NCBI GenBank assembly: GCA_036400935.1
Contig: DASWWW010000003.1
Span: 35,716 to 99,715, forward strand
Origin: Minisyncoccota bacterium
GTDB lineage: Bacteria; Patescibacteriota; Minisyncoccia; Phycocordibacterales; UBA6065
Length of the DNA stretch: 64,000 bases
Reading direction: 5' to 3'
The notes beneath the pieces were generated by a model. That model saw only the letters and a program-made list of their open reading frames with translations, was not told the DNA's origin and did no database searches. The translations under genes and the position numbers were made by a program. Position 1 is the first letter of the stretch; each line of letters opens with the position of its first letter. Of this stretch, positions 56,258 through 64,000 are shown piece after piece.

Positions 56258-57432
56258 GATGAGATTTTCTTACCCAAGGCGTTGAGGACGTTGTGGTCCT
56301 CCATTATACCGACATGCGACTGAATACGGAAAAGCTCCTTGTTGTGAGCGTCGTTCTCGTATTCAGTCACCGCGAGCTTCATCTCGCGGAGCGCGCCGAC
56401 GTCGACAGTGTGCGGGACTTTCGTCACGCGCGATACGATCTGCGCGCCGACGTAGATGTTCGAGGTCGAGGTCGGGAAGAGGCGATTGAGCAAGCCGGCG
56501 ATGTGGGCCTGAAAGACGCTCGCCGATCCGCGGCTGTCGTGATGGAGCGTTTTCTGGAGCGTCGACTCGAATACTGCCGACGCCGCCTGCCGCGCGTTTA
56601 TCTCGAGCAGGTACATCTTTCCGGTCTCTGCATCCTTGATCGCGTCGATGCCAAAGAGGCCGCGCCAGCCGTCCTTCTTGAGTCGCTTGCCGACGATACG
56701 GGCGATCTTCGCGACTTGGCGGCGCTCTTTGCCGGTGGGCAGGGCCCAGTCGTTGCCGATCGTAGAGAAAGGAAGGTCTGTGAAAGGCTGTAGCCCGGTG
56801 ATCTGATAGCTCGGCGAGCCGATGAGCACGCGAGCGCGGTTGACCGAGGCGTTTATGGTAAAGACCGGCCCATCGACAAAGTCCACGATGCGGCATTCGC
56901 GGTCAGGAAATTTCGCCTTGAGCGCCTCGAGATCCTTTGCCGACTCGATGACGAATGTGCCTTGCCCCGTATGCGAGTGATTGAACTGGAGGACGAATCG
57001 CTTGCCCTTGAACGTCACGTCTTTGACGACGGTGACCTTGTGCGGCGGCAAAAGGCCGGCATCCTCGCCGAGCCACGCGACTTGCGAGATTTTCTCCTCT
57101 ACCTTTCGGGCGAGGGCTGCCGAAGGGTTGATGAGATTCCATTTCATTTCGGCGGCGATCCTCTCGATGCGCGGCGTGTTCTGGAATACGACGAGATCTG
57201 CGTCGAGCTTGCTGATGATCTTCTCCACTTCGGGAAGGGCGAGCAGGTCGTGCGTGTCGAGAGCCTCGGTATTCTTTACGAGAAAGACGTGGTCGGGATG
57301 CTTTGCCTGTATTTCGCGTCCGTGCGGGGTGTCGTTCGACACTATGAAATACTTGCCCTCGGGCTTCATTCCCAGGGCCCTTTCTATATCTCGGGTGACG
57401 TAGACAAGCGGTTTTTTGAGGCGTATGGACAT
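56245..57432 (-). CDS. ATP-grasp domain enzyme (carboxylate-amine ligase).
   Basis: GLFGIDAIKDAETGKMYLLEINARQ is the ATP-grasp C-terminal core. 395 aa. It is the first gene of the minus-strand operon ending in rlmH. Confidence 0.6.
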   Translation of the reverse strand: MSIRLKKPLVYVTRDIERALGMKPEGKYFIVSNDTPHGREIQAKHPDHVFLVKNTEALDTHDLLALPEVEKIISKLDADLVVFQNTPRIERIAAEMKWNLINPSAALARKVEEKISQVAWLGEDAGLLPPHKVTVVKDVTFKGKRFVLQFNHSHTGQGTFVIESAKDLEALKAKFPDRECRIVDFVDGPVFTINASVNRARVLIGSPSYQITGLQPFTDLPFSTIGNDWALPTGKERRQVAKIARIVGKRLKKDGWRGLFGIDAIKDAETGKMYLLEINARQAASAVFESTLQKTLHHDSRGSASVFQAHIAGLLNRLFPTSTSNIYVGAQIVSRVTKVPHTVDVGALREMKLAVTEYENDAHNKELFRIQSHVGIMEDHNVLNALGKKISSCIK

Positions 57433-57455
57433 AATGAATAGTATACTTAATAACC

Positions 57456-57677
57456 ATGATCAAGCCAGGAATATATAGGCATTCGAAGAAGGGGAACGAG
57501 TATCGCGTCATCGGTACCGGCAAGCATACCGAGACGCTCGAATCGATGGTCGTCTACGAGGCGCTCTACGATAACAAAGAGTCAAAGATCTGGGTGCGCC
57601 CCGAAGAGATGTTTCAGGAGATCGTCGAGGTGAACGGAGCCAAGGTCCCGCGATTTGTATTCGTGAGGGCGGAGTAG
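57456..57677 (+). CDS. DUF1653-family small protein.
   Basis: GIYRHSKKGNEYRVIGTGKHTETLESMVVYEALYDNKESKIWVRPEEMF matches the DUF1653 pattern. Confidence 0.55.
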   Translation: MIKPGIYRHSKKGNEYRVIGTGKHTETLESMVVYEALYDNKESKIWVRPEEMFQEIVEVNGAKVPRFVFVRAE

Positions 57678-57689
57678 TAGAGTGGCTCC

Positions 57690-58355
57690 ATGGCAACTCT
57701 CTATATAGTGGCGACCCCGATAGGCAATCTCGAGGACATAACTTTCCGCGCTGTCCGCGTGCTCAAGGAAGTCTCGGCCGTCTTTTGCGAGGACACCCGC
57801 ACGTCGCGTGTCCTATTCTCCAAATACGGCATCGAGACCAAGGCCGAGAGCTTTCACGCTCAGAGCCCTTTGTCGCGCATAGACTACATATCCGAACTTT
57901 TGGAGGGCGGCAGCGATCTTGCTCTCATTTCGGACGCCGGCACTCCAGGCATATCCGATCCGGGCATGGTTCTGGTCTCCGAAGTGCGCAAACGCCTGCC
58001 GCAGGTACAGGTGATCGCCATTCCGGGCCCGTCAGCCCTTACCGCCGCTGTCTCTGTCGCGGGCCGACCCCTGCATGAGTTCGTTTTCCTCGGATTTTTG
58101 CCGCACAAGAAAGGCCGCCAGACTATTTTCGAAGAGATTAAGGCGGGCGAGAGGCCGTACGTCTTCTACGAGTCTCCGCACCGCATAGAAAAGACTCTTG
58201 AATCGCTCAAGGAGATCCCGAAGACCGTCACCGTCCTCCGCGAGATTACGAAAGTGTACGAGTCGTACATTTCAGGCACTGCCGAAGAGGTTTTGACGAG
58301 TTTCAAGAGCAACCCGGAGACTCTCCGCGGCGAATTCGTGGTCATCGTCGGATAA
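57690..58355 (+). CDS. rsmI: 16S rRNA (cytidine1402-2'-O)-methyltransferase RsmI.
   Basis: LYIVATPIGNLEDITFRAVRVLKEVSAVFCEDTRTS and the tetrapyrrole-methylase-like fold, 221 aa. Confidence 0.85.
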   Translation: MATLYIVATPIGNLEDITFRAVRVLKEVSAVFCEDTRTSRVLFSKYGIETKAESFHAQSPLSRIDYISELLEGGSDLALISDAGTPGISDPGMVLVSEVRKRLPQVQVIAIPGPSALTAAVSVAGRPLHEFVFLGFLPHKKGRQTIFEEIKAGERPYVFYESPHRIEKTLESLKEIPKTVTVLREITKVYESYISGTAEEVLTSFKSNPETLRGEFVVIVG

Positions 58356-58424
58356 GAAATCGCCGCGCATTCGAAAATTACTTCCATCGCGTGCTATAAT
58401 TGCCGCATAATTTTTTATATTTGA

Positions 58425-58634
58425 ATGCGATACAGAAACATAATCATCGGCCTCGGTTTTTTCGTCGTCATTATCCAGTTCTTGGGCTTCCCTCAGTCAT
58501 GGAGGAACGCCTTTTACGCAGTTTCGGGTATCCTGATCGTCGCCGGAGGCTACATGTCTGACAAGGAGCGCAAGATGCATCCTGCGGCGGCCACCGTCTC
58601 CACATCCGCCGACAGCTCAGGTACCCTCTCATAA
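58425..58634 (+). CDS. Small hypothetical membrane protein.
   Basis: 69 aa with two hydrophobic helices. Support is weak. Confidence 0.3.
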   Translation: MRYRNIIIGLGFFVVIIQFLGFPQSWRNAFYAVSGILIVAGGYMSDKERKMHPAAATVSTSADSSGTLS

Positions 58635-58640
58635 ATTCCT

Positions 58641-59891
58641 GTGGCGCAAGGCAGAACGAAAGAGAGCATAAGGGCTTATCGCATCGGGGTCGCCGTCCTG
58701 ATAGCCTTTTTGTTCCTCTTTATCGTCATATATGCCGGCGTGCCGGGTGGCGACATCAGCTATACGTCGGGGACGCCCGCTAGCGTAGCTACGTCGGCGC
58801 CGGCGGCGCCACTGATTCCCGAAGTCCCGCATCTCGCGACGCCGCCGGCGGTCAAAGGCATATATATGACGTCGTGCGTGGCCGCCACCCCGAGCCTGCG
58901 CGACAATCTCGTGAAGCTCATCGATGAGACCGAAATAAACTCTGTCGTCATCGATATAAAGTCGTTCGACGGGTACCTCTCGTTCGAGCCGGAGAACCCC
59001 GATCTCAAGCACGCTACCGGCGGCTGCTTTGTAAAGGACATGAAGGACTTCCTCGAGACGCTCCATGATCACAATATCTACGTCATCGGCCGCCTCGCCT
59101 CGTTCCAGGACGCGCTGCAGGTAAAGCTTCGCCCGGAGCTTGCCGTAAAGAAGGCGACGGCGACTTCTACCGTCTGGCGCGATCACAAGGGAATCCCTTG
59201 GATCGACGCTTCGGCCCGGCCGCACTGGGAATACCTCATTGCCGTGGCAAAGGACGCGTACGCGGTCGGCTTTGACGAGGTCAATTTCGATTACATCCGC
59301 TTTCCGTCTGACGGCAACATGAAGGACATCAGCTTCCCATGGAGCGGGGACAGGAAGAAGAGCGAGGTCATGCGATCCTTCTTTGAATATATCCACGAGG
59401 AATTGGGACCTACCAAGATCGTTACCTCCGCCGACCTCTTTGGCATGACGACGACTAATACCGACGACCTCAATATAGGTCAGATCCTTGAATATGCATT
59501 GCCCAATTTCGACTACATCGCCCCGATGGTCTATCCGTCGCACTATCCGAAGGGATTCATGAACTTTTCCGATCCAAATCAGCACGTGTACGAGGTGGTC
59601 AATCATTCGATGCAGGTAGCTGCGGACCGGACCGTTGCGACTACTACGAAGGTTCCGATGCCCGATTCGCGCATGGGCACGTCGACCCTCTACATGAAGC
59701 CCTCTTTCGATATCAACAAGCTCCGGCCGTGGCTTCAGGACAACAATTATCCGGTAACCTATACGGCCGAAATGGTGCGCGCGCAGATACAGGCAACTTA
59801 CGACATCGGCCTCAATTCATGGATGCTTTGGAATGCGGGGAATAGGTACACGAGGGCCGCTTTGGAGACCGCTACGAGCACCGATTTTTAG
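58641..59891 (+). CDS. Membrane-anchored putative glycoside-hydrolase-like TIM-barrel protein (DUF4015/GHL-like).
   Basis: 416 aa with an N-terminal TM helix, then GIYMTSCVAATP...VVIDIKSFDGYL...GFDEVNFDYIRFP. The antisense ORF 58629-59606 is rejected. Confidence 0.55.
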   Translation: MAQGRTKESIRAYRIGVAVLIAFLFLFIVIYAGVPGGDISYTSGTPASVATSAPAAPLIPEVPHLATPPAVKGIYMTSCVAATPSLRDNLVKLIDETEINSVVIDIKSFDGYLSFEPENPDLKHATGGCFVKDMKDFLETLHDHNIYVIGRLASFQDALQVKLRPELAVKKATATSTVWRDHKGIPWIDASARPHWEYLIAVAKDAYAVGFDEVNFDYIRFPSDGNMKDISFPWSGDRKKSEVMRSFFEYIHEELGPTKIVTSADLFGMTTTNTDDLNIGQILEYALPNFDYIAPMVYPSHYPKGFMNFSDPNQHVYEVVNHSMQVAADRTVATTTKVPMPDSRMGTSTLYMKPSFDINKLRPWLQDNNYPVTYTAEMVRAQIQATYDIGLNSWMLWNAGNRYTRAALETATSTDF

Positions 59892-59894
59892 CCT

Positions 59895-60250
59895 TAATTT
59901 GCACAAGGCGGTACTTGCAAACTTTTGTCAATTGGGTAGTATTGGGGAGTCTTGGCGGTACCAGGACCCTTCCTCTGGAAGGATTTCGTAATCAAGTAGC
60001 TCCTTAGAAAATGCGCACTAGCTCACGTCGGCGGTCGTTCCTGTCCTCGCAACCATCGCAGCAAACGGGAAATCCTTTCCCGAAGCCTGATTCGAACCGT
60101 GGCGGTTCTGATGATGGCCTCAAGTGGGTGCAGACGGGTTCGCGCCGCGGTCACTGGGAAAAGCGGTAGCGTAAGTGGCGGCGAGAAGGCTTCATCATCT
60201 CGTCATTCGAAGCTCGGCGGCGGATCACCCCTGATCCGCCGCTTTCGCTT
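59895..60250 (+). ncRNA. Candidate structured non-coding RNA with its own rho-independent terminator (60217-60250), class unknown.
   Basis: About 390-nt GC-rich gap with no credible ORF. Several local hairpins (ccttcc-tctg-ggaagg, gggaaa-tcc-tttccc) and a long-range 7-bp pairing (gaagcct at 60083 / aggcttc at 60186). It ends in the terminator ggcggcggatca-cccc-tgatccgccgc-tttcgcttt. Confidence 0.25.
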
Positions 60251-60285
60251 TGTCTAAATAAGATAAAAATGGCACAATAGGGCAA

Positions 60286-62271
60286 ATGACAAGCGACGAC
60301 AAGGTAACATATTTCGGCGAGACCGACGCGCGAGGCAAGAGGGTCAAATTCGGCATCAAGGCCGAGGACCGCACCCGCCACATGTACGTCATCGGAAAGA
60401 CGGGAATGGGAAAATCGAACCTTCTCGAGGTCATGGCCGTGCAGGATATCCAGAGCGGGGAAGGCCTCTGCTTTATCGACCCCCACGGCAAGACAGCCGA
60501 GCTTCTCCTCAATTACATCCCCGAGAACCGCATCAAGGATATCGTGTACTTCGCGCCGTTCGACGTGGACAATCCGATTTCCTTCAACGTCATGGAGGAC
60601 GTGGGCTACGACAAGCGACACCTTGTCGTTTCGGGCCTCATGTCCACCTTCAAGAAGATTTGGGTCGACGCATGGTCTGCCCGTATGGAATACATCCTCG
60701 GCAACACGCTTCTCGCGTTGCTTGAGTATCCCGACGCGACGCTCCTCGGCGTAAACAAGATGCTTTCGGACAAGGTCTACCGCAAGAAAGTGGTCGACAA
60801 TATTACCGATCCCGCCGTTAAGTCCTTCTGGGTCGACGAATTCGCGAAGTACACCGAGAAATTCGCCGCCGAGGCGACTCCCGCTATCCAGAACAAGATC
60901 GGACAGTTCACGAACAATCCTCTCATCCGAAACATCATCGGCCAGCCGAAATCATCGTTCGATATCCGAAAGATGATGGACGAGCGCAAGATCCTCATCG
61001 TGAACCTCTCGAAGGGACGAGTGGGCGAGTCGAATGCGAACCTCCTCGGAGCGATGTTCATCACGAAAATCTATCTCGCCGCCATGAGCCGTGCTGACGC
61101 GTCCGAAAAGATGATGAAGGCCCTGCCTAACTTCTACCTCTACGTAGACGAGTTCCAGTCGTTCGCCAACGAGTCGTTTGCTGACATCCTTTCCGAGGCC
61201 CGAAAATACAAATTGAACCTGACCATTGCTCACCAGTACGTCGAGCAGATGTCCGAGGAGGTGCGCGCGGCCGTATTCGGAAACGTGGGAACTATGATCG
61301 TTTTCCGCGTGGGCTCTATCGACGCCGAGCAGTTCGAGAAGGAGTTCGCTCCCAAATTCACTGCGGACGATATCGTAAACCTCGGCAAGTACCAGATGTA
61401 CTTGCGCCTTATGATCGACGGCGTGGGATCTCAGCCATTCTCTGCGAGGGGATTGCCGCCAGTAGCGGTGCCAGCCATATCGTATAAGGAGCAGGCGATC
61501 GCGGCTTCTCAGGCTACGTTCGGCAATCCGCGCGAGAAAGTCGAGGAATACATCCGCGAGTGGATGCTTGGCGGCCCCGCTGAGGCAAAGGCGGACAAGC
61601 CTGCCGCGGGCGACAAGGCGGTTTCGGCTACTCCCGCTTCGGGTTCGCCCGCGGCATTGGCACAGGTCCCTCGCGCCCCTCAGCAGGCGACGCGCCCGGC
61701 CCAGGATTTCCGAAAGCCTCAGGAGAACAGGCCGCCTCGCGCGCCGTCTCCTATAGACATGCGCCAGCCCGTAGCGCCAGTCCCTCCAAAGCCGCGACCC
61801 GCGATGCCTCTTCCGCCTGCGGATCCCGCTGACGGCTTTCAGGGCCTCGCTTCATTGAAATCTCTCGTCCAGGCTCCGGCTCCAAAGCCGGCGGCAGATA
61901 ATCGCCCAAAGGAGAATCGCCATCCGGAAAGAAAGGGCGTGACTGCCGAGTCGCGCCTCGATCTCAAGATGGCGTTGGCCGCCCTCATAAAGCCGGAACA
62001 GAATTCCAGCAAGCCTGCCGAGCCGAAACCTGCGCCTGCAAAGGACAAGCCGGCGGCGGTCCCAGCGGCGACCCAGGCAAAGCCGCCCGCTCCGGCCCCG
62101 GCCCACAAGATCGCGCCCGCCATAGACACCTCTCGCTCTACCGTGAAGCCCCAGGAAAAACCTGCTGAAAAACCGGCGGAAAAGCCGGTCGAAAAGGCGG
62201 CGCCTCAGCCAAAGAAAGAGGGCCTTCAGGAAGTTCCCGAGGACGTCCTAAAGAGGATGCTCGAAGTCTAA
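60286..62271 (+). CDS. TraD/TraG/VirD4-like (TrwB-type) P-loop ATPase, soluble, with a long Pro/Ala/Lys-rich C-terminal tail.
   Basis: Walker A HMYVIGKTGMGKSNLL, IDPHGKTAE (compare the DPKGE of coupling proteins), Walker B YLYVDEFQSF. There are no N-terminal TM helices. The C-terminal 200 aa are low-complexity (PAPKP-like repeats). Confidence 0.5.
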   Translation: MTSDDKVTYFGETDARGKRVKFGIKAEDRTRHMYVIGKTGMGKSNLLEVMAVQDIQSGEGLCFIDPHGKTAELLLNYIPENRIKDIVYFAPFDVDNPISFNVMEDVGYDKRHLVVSGLMSTFKKIWVDAWSARMEYILGNTLLALLEYPDATLLGVNKMLSDKVYRKKVVDNITDPAVKSFWVDEFAKYTEKFAAEATPAIQNKIGQFTNNPLIRNIIGQPKSSFDIRKMMDERKILIVNLSKGRVGESNANLLGAMFITKIYLAAMSRADASEKMMKALPNFYLYVDEFQSFANESFADILSEARKYKLNLTIAHQYVEQMSEEVRAAVFGNVGTMIVFRVGSIDAEQFEKEFAPKFTADDIVNLGKYQMYLRLMIDGVGSQPFSARGLPPVAVPAISYKEQAIAASQATFGNPREKVEEYIREWMLGGPAEAKADKPAAGDKAVSATPASGSPAALAQVPRAPQQATRPAQDFRKPQENRPPRAPSPIDMRQPVAPVPPKPRPAMPLPPADPADGFQGLASLKSLVQAPAPKPAADNRPKENRHPERKGVTAESRLDLKMALAALIKPEQNSSKPAEPKPAPAKDKPAAVPAATQAKPPAPAPAHKIAPAIDTSRSTVKPQEKPAEKPAEKPVEKAAPQPKKEGLQEVPEDVLKRMLEV

Positions 62272-62307
62272 CGTAACGTTTATCCAGCAATTCGGATTAT
62301 AGAAGCC

Positions 62308-63534
62308 ATGGCTGACCAGAAGAAAAAAATACTCATATTCTCCTTCGTATATTACCCGCGATTCATCGGCGGGGCGGAGATCGCTATCAAGGAAATCACC
62401 GATCGCGTCGAGGGTGTCGAATTCGACCTCATAGCATTGCGCCTCGACAAGAGCCTTCCCGAGACCGAGAAGATCGGCAATGTGACCGTACATCGCATCG
62501 GCTGGACCGGCAGCGCGCAGGCGTCGCCGGACTCTTTGCCCGCCTTCCTTCACCTCAACAAGTACGCCTATCCATTCCTGGCAGCCATAAAGGCGTGCAA
62601 GCTCCACGCGCACAGGAAGTACACGGCGATCTGGGGGATGATGGCGAACTATTCGGGCTTTGCGGCGCTTTTCTTCAAGCTGTTCCATATGGACGTGCCG
62701 TTCCTCCTGACGCTTCAAGAGGGCGATCCGATCGAGTACATCAAGAGCCGCGCGTTCAGGATTTCTATCGGCCCGATAAAGATCCCGGTGAAATGGATCA
62801 TGCTGCCGGTCTTTGGGATGATCTTCAAGCACGCCGACCGCATTCAGACGATCTCGAATTACCTCGCGGATTTCGCAAAGAGCATGGGCGCGACCTGCCC
62901 GGTGACCGTCGTGCCTAATGGCGTCGACGTCCCGCATTTCTCGCAGGAGTATTCGCCTGACGAGATCGGCGCCATCAAGACGAGCCTCGGCAAGGCGGAG
63001 GGGGATGTCTTTATCATTACCACTTCGCGTTTGGTCGTGAAGAATGCCGTGAACGACATTGTCGAGGCGCTCTCGCATTTGCCGGCGAACGTAAAGCTCA
63101 TCGTCCTCGGCGTCGGCTACGAGCTGGCGAACCTCAAGGCCCTCGCAGCAGAGCTCGATGTCGCCTCTCGCGTACAGTTTTTGGGCTATGTCTCGCACGC
63201 CGACATGCCCAAGTATCTCAAGGCATCCGATATCTTTATTCGACCGTCGATCTCCGAGGGCTTTGGCAATTCATTCATCGAGGCGATGGCGGCAGGGCTT
63301 CCTGTCATAGCGACGCCCGTCGGGGGCATCGTGGATTTCCTTAAGAACAAGGAGACAGGACTCTTCTGCGAGGTCTCGAACCCGGAGGATATCGCTCGCA
63401 AGGTAGAGGTATACATGCATGACACAGGATTGCGTGACGAGATCGTCGATAATGCCATGCATATGGTGCTTGACCATTATGATTGGAAGCTCGTGTCAAA
63501 GGACATGAGAGAGAAAGTATTTGATATACTCTAG
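62308..63534 (+). CDS. Family-4 glycosyltransferase.
   Basis: RPSISEGFGNSFIEAMAAGLPVIATPVGGIVDFL is the GT4 C-terminal motif. 408 aa. The antisense ORF 62248-63198 is rejected. Confidence 0.8.
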   Translation: MADQKKKILIFSFVYYPRFIGGAEIAIKEITDRVEGVEFDLIALRLDKSLPETEKIGNVTVHRIGWTGSAQASPDSLPAFLHLNKYAYPFLAAIKACKLHAHRKYTAIWGMMANYSGFAALFFKLFHMDVPFLLTLQEGDPIEYIKSRAFRISIGPIKIPVKWIMLPVFGMIFKHADRIQTISNYLADFAKSMGATCPVTVVPNGVDVPHFSQEYSPDEIGAIKTSLGKAEGDVFIITTSRLVVKNAVNDIVEALSHLPANVKLIVLGVGYELANLKALAAELDVASRVQFLGYVSHADMPKYLKASDIFIRPSISEGFGNSFIEAMAAGLPVIATPVGGIVDFLKNKETGLFCEVSNPEDIARKVEVYMHDTGLRDEIVDNAMHMVLDHYDWKLVSKDMREKVFDIL

Positions 63535-63536
63535 GC

Positions 63537-64000
63537 ATGAAGATTCTGATCGCTACCGGCATATTTCCGCCCCAGATAGGCGGTCCCGCGACCTATTCCA
63601 AGCTCCTCTACGACGAATTGCCGAAGCGCGGCATCGACGTCGAGATCTCGACGTTCGGCGACTATCTGGACAGGCCGAAGCTTGTCCGCCATTTCCTCTA
63701 TTTCCTCGAATTGCTTCGAAAAGCCGAGGGCGTCGACATGATATACGCTCTCGATCCGGTATCGGTCGGCTTGCCGGCCCTCATCGCTTCGCAGATCCGC
63801 AACAAGAAATTCGTCCTGCGCATCGCCGGCGACTATGCTTGGGAGCAGGGTACGCAGCGATTCGGCGTGACCGACATGCTCGATGATTTTTCCAAGAGAT
63901 ACCAGAAGTACCGCTGGCAGGTGAAGGTCATGAAGAAGGTCCAGAAGTATGTCGCCGACGGGGCATACCGCATCATCGTGCCGAGCAATTACCTGAAGAC
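63537..64000 (+). CDS. Family-4 glycosyltransferase, N-terminal fragment (continues past the window).
   Basis: MKILIATGIFPPQIGGPATYSKLLYDELPKRGIDVEI is the GT4 N-terminal domain signature (GG). The frame is open to the end of the window. Confidence 0.65.
   Translation, partial: MKILIATGIFPPQIGGPATYSKLLYDELPKRGIDVEISTFGDYLDRPKLVRHFLYFLELLRKAEGVDMIYALDPVSVGLPALIASQIRNKKFVLRIAGDYAWEQGTQRFGVTDMLDDFSKRYQKYRWQVKVMKKVQKYVADGAYRIIVPSNYLK

Noticed and set aside
58629-59606. 325-aa minus-strand ORF.
   Set aside because: It is antisense to the GH-like gene. The translation is Arg/Val/Asp-rich and low-complexity.
60046-60195. Possible tmRNA or tRNA-like element inside the candidate ncRNA (a CUGAUUCGAAC motif and a 7-bp acceptor-like pairing).
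   Set aside because: The acceptor-like stem has no G-U at pair 3, which tmRNA alanylation requires. There is no T-arm adjacent to the 3' strand and no plausible tag reading frame. It is only about 150 nt. It is kept only as part of the generic ncRNA candidate.
62248-63198. 316-aa minus-strand ORF.
   Set aside because: It is antisense to the GT4 glycosyltransferase gene, which has a canonical motif.

Overview
This window looks like a slice of a small, uncultivated-type bacterial chromosome (about mid-50s % GC), probably Patescibacteria/CPR-like.

The CPR guess is tentative. It rests on rRNA genes not being in one operon, an intron in 23S, a mismatch at the 16S 515F primer site, many lamin-tail/beta-helix/surface proteins, and almost no Shine-Dalgarno motifs.

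In order along the window:
- 1-4.4 kb: ssb (C-terminal fragment ending DIPF), rpsR, a cold-shock-like gene, efp (minus strand), recA (minus strand).
- 4.5-6.8 kb: ftsK (minus strand).
- 8.4-18.4 kb: a cell-envelope island. It holds a peptidoglycan-binding, Ser/Thr-rich surface protein with the codon usage of highly expressed genes, two lamin-tail-domain proteins, a 1207-aa beta-helix plus lipase protein, a YceI-like protein and an S41 peptidase.
- 18.9-19.8 kb: rplJ and rplL.
- 23.0-26.5 kb: a 23S-5S rRNA unit with its own promoter. The 23S carries an ORF-less group I intron of about 309 nt; the R and S core elements are recognisable.
- 26.6-35.2 kb: cell-wall and glycan genes (FtsW/RodA, two GT4 glycosyltransferases, a polyprenyl-phosphate sugar transferase, an NAD-dependent epimerase), then secD and secF.
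- 37.2 kb: tRNA-Leu(CAG).
- 37.3-38.8 kb: a secreted HtrA-like protein in which all three catalytic residues appear substituted.
- 41.1-42.6 kb: a separate 16S rRNA gene under a near-identical promoter. Its 3' tail lacks the CCUCC anti-Shine-Dalgarno sequence.
- 43.4 kb: tRNA-Ile(GAT), followed by stacked hairpins.
- 44.0-49.7 kb: pyk, then two unknown genes each with a consensus sigma-70 promoter, a structured 5'UTR and its own terminator, then truD.
- 49.9-57.4 kb: a Mur-ligase and amidase pair, then a minus-strand operon (ATP-grasp enzyme, NlpC/P60-like protein, mraY, an aminoacyl-tRNA-transferase-like protein, rlmH).
- 57.7-64.0 kb: rsmI, a GH-like protein, a candidate structured ncRNA with its own terminator, a TraD/VirD4-like ATPase, and two more GT4 genes.

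No transposase, integrase or CRISPR array was seen.
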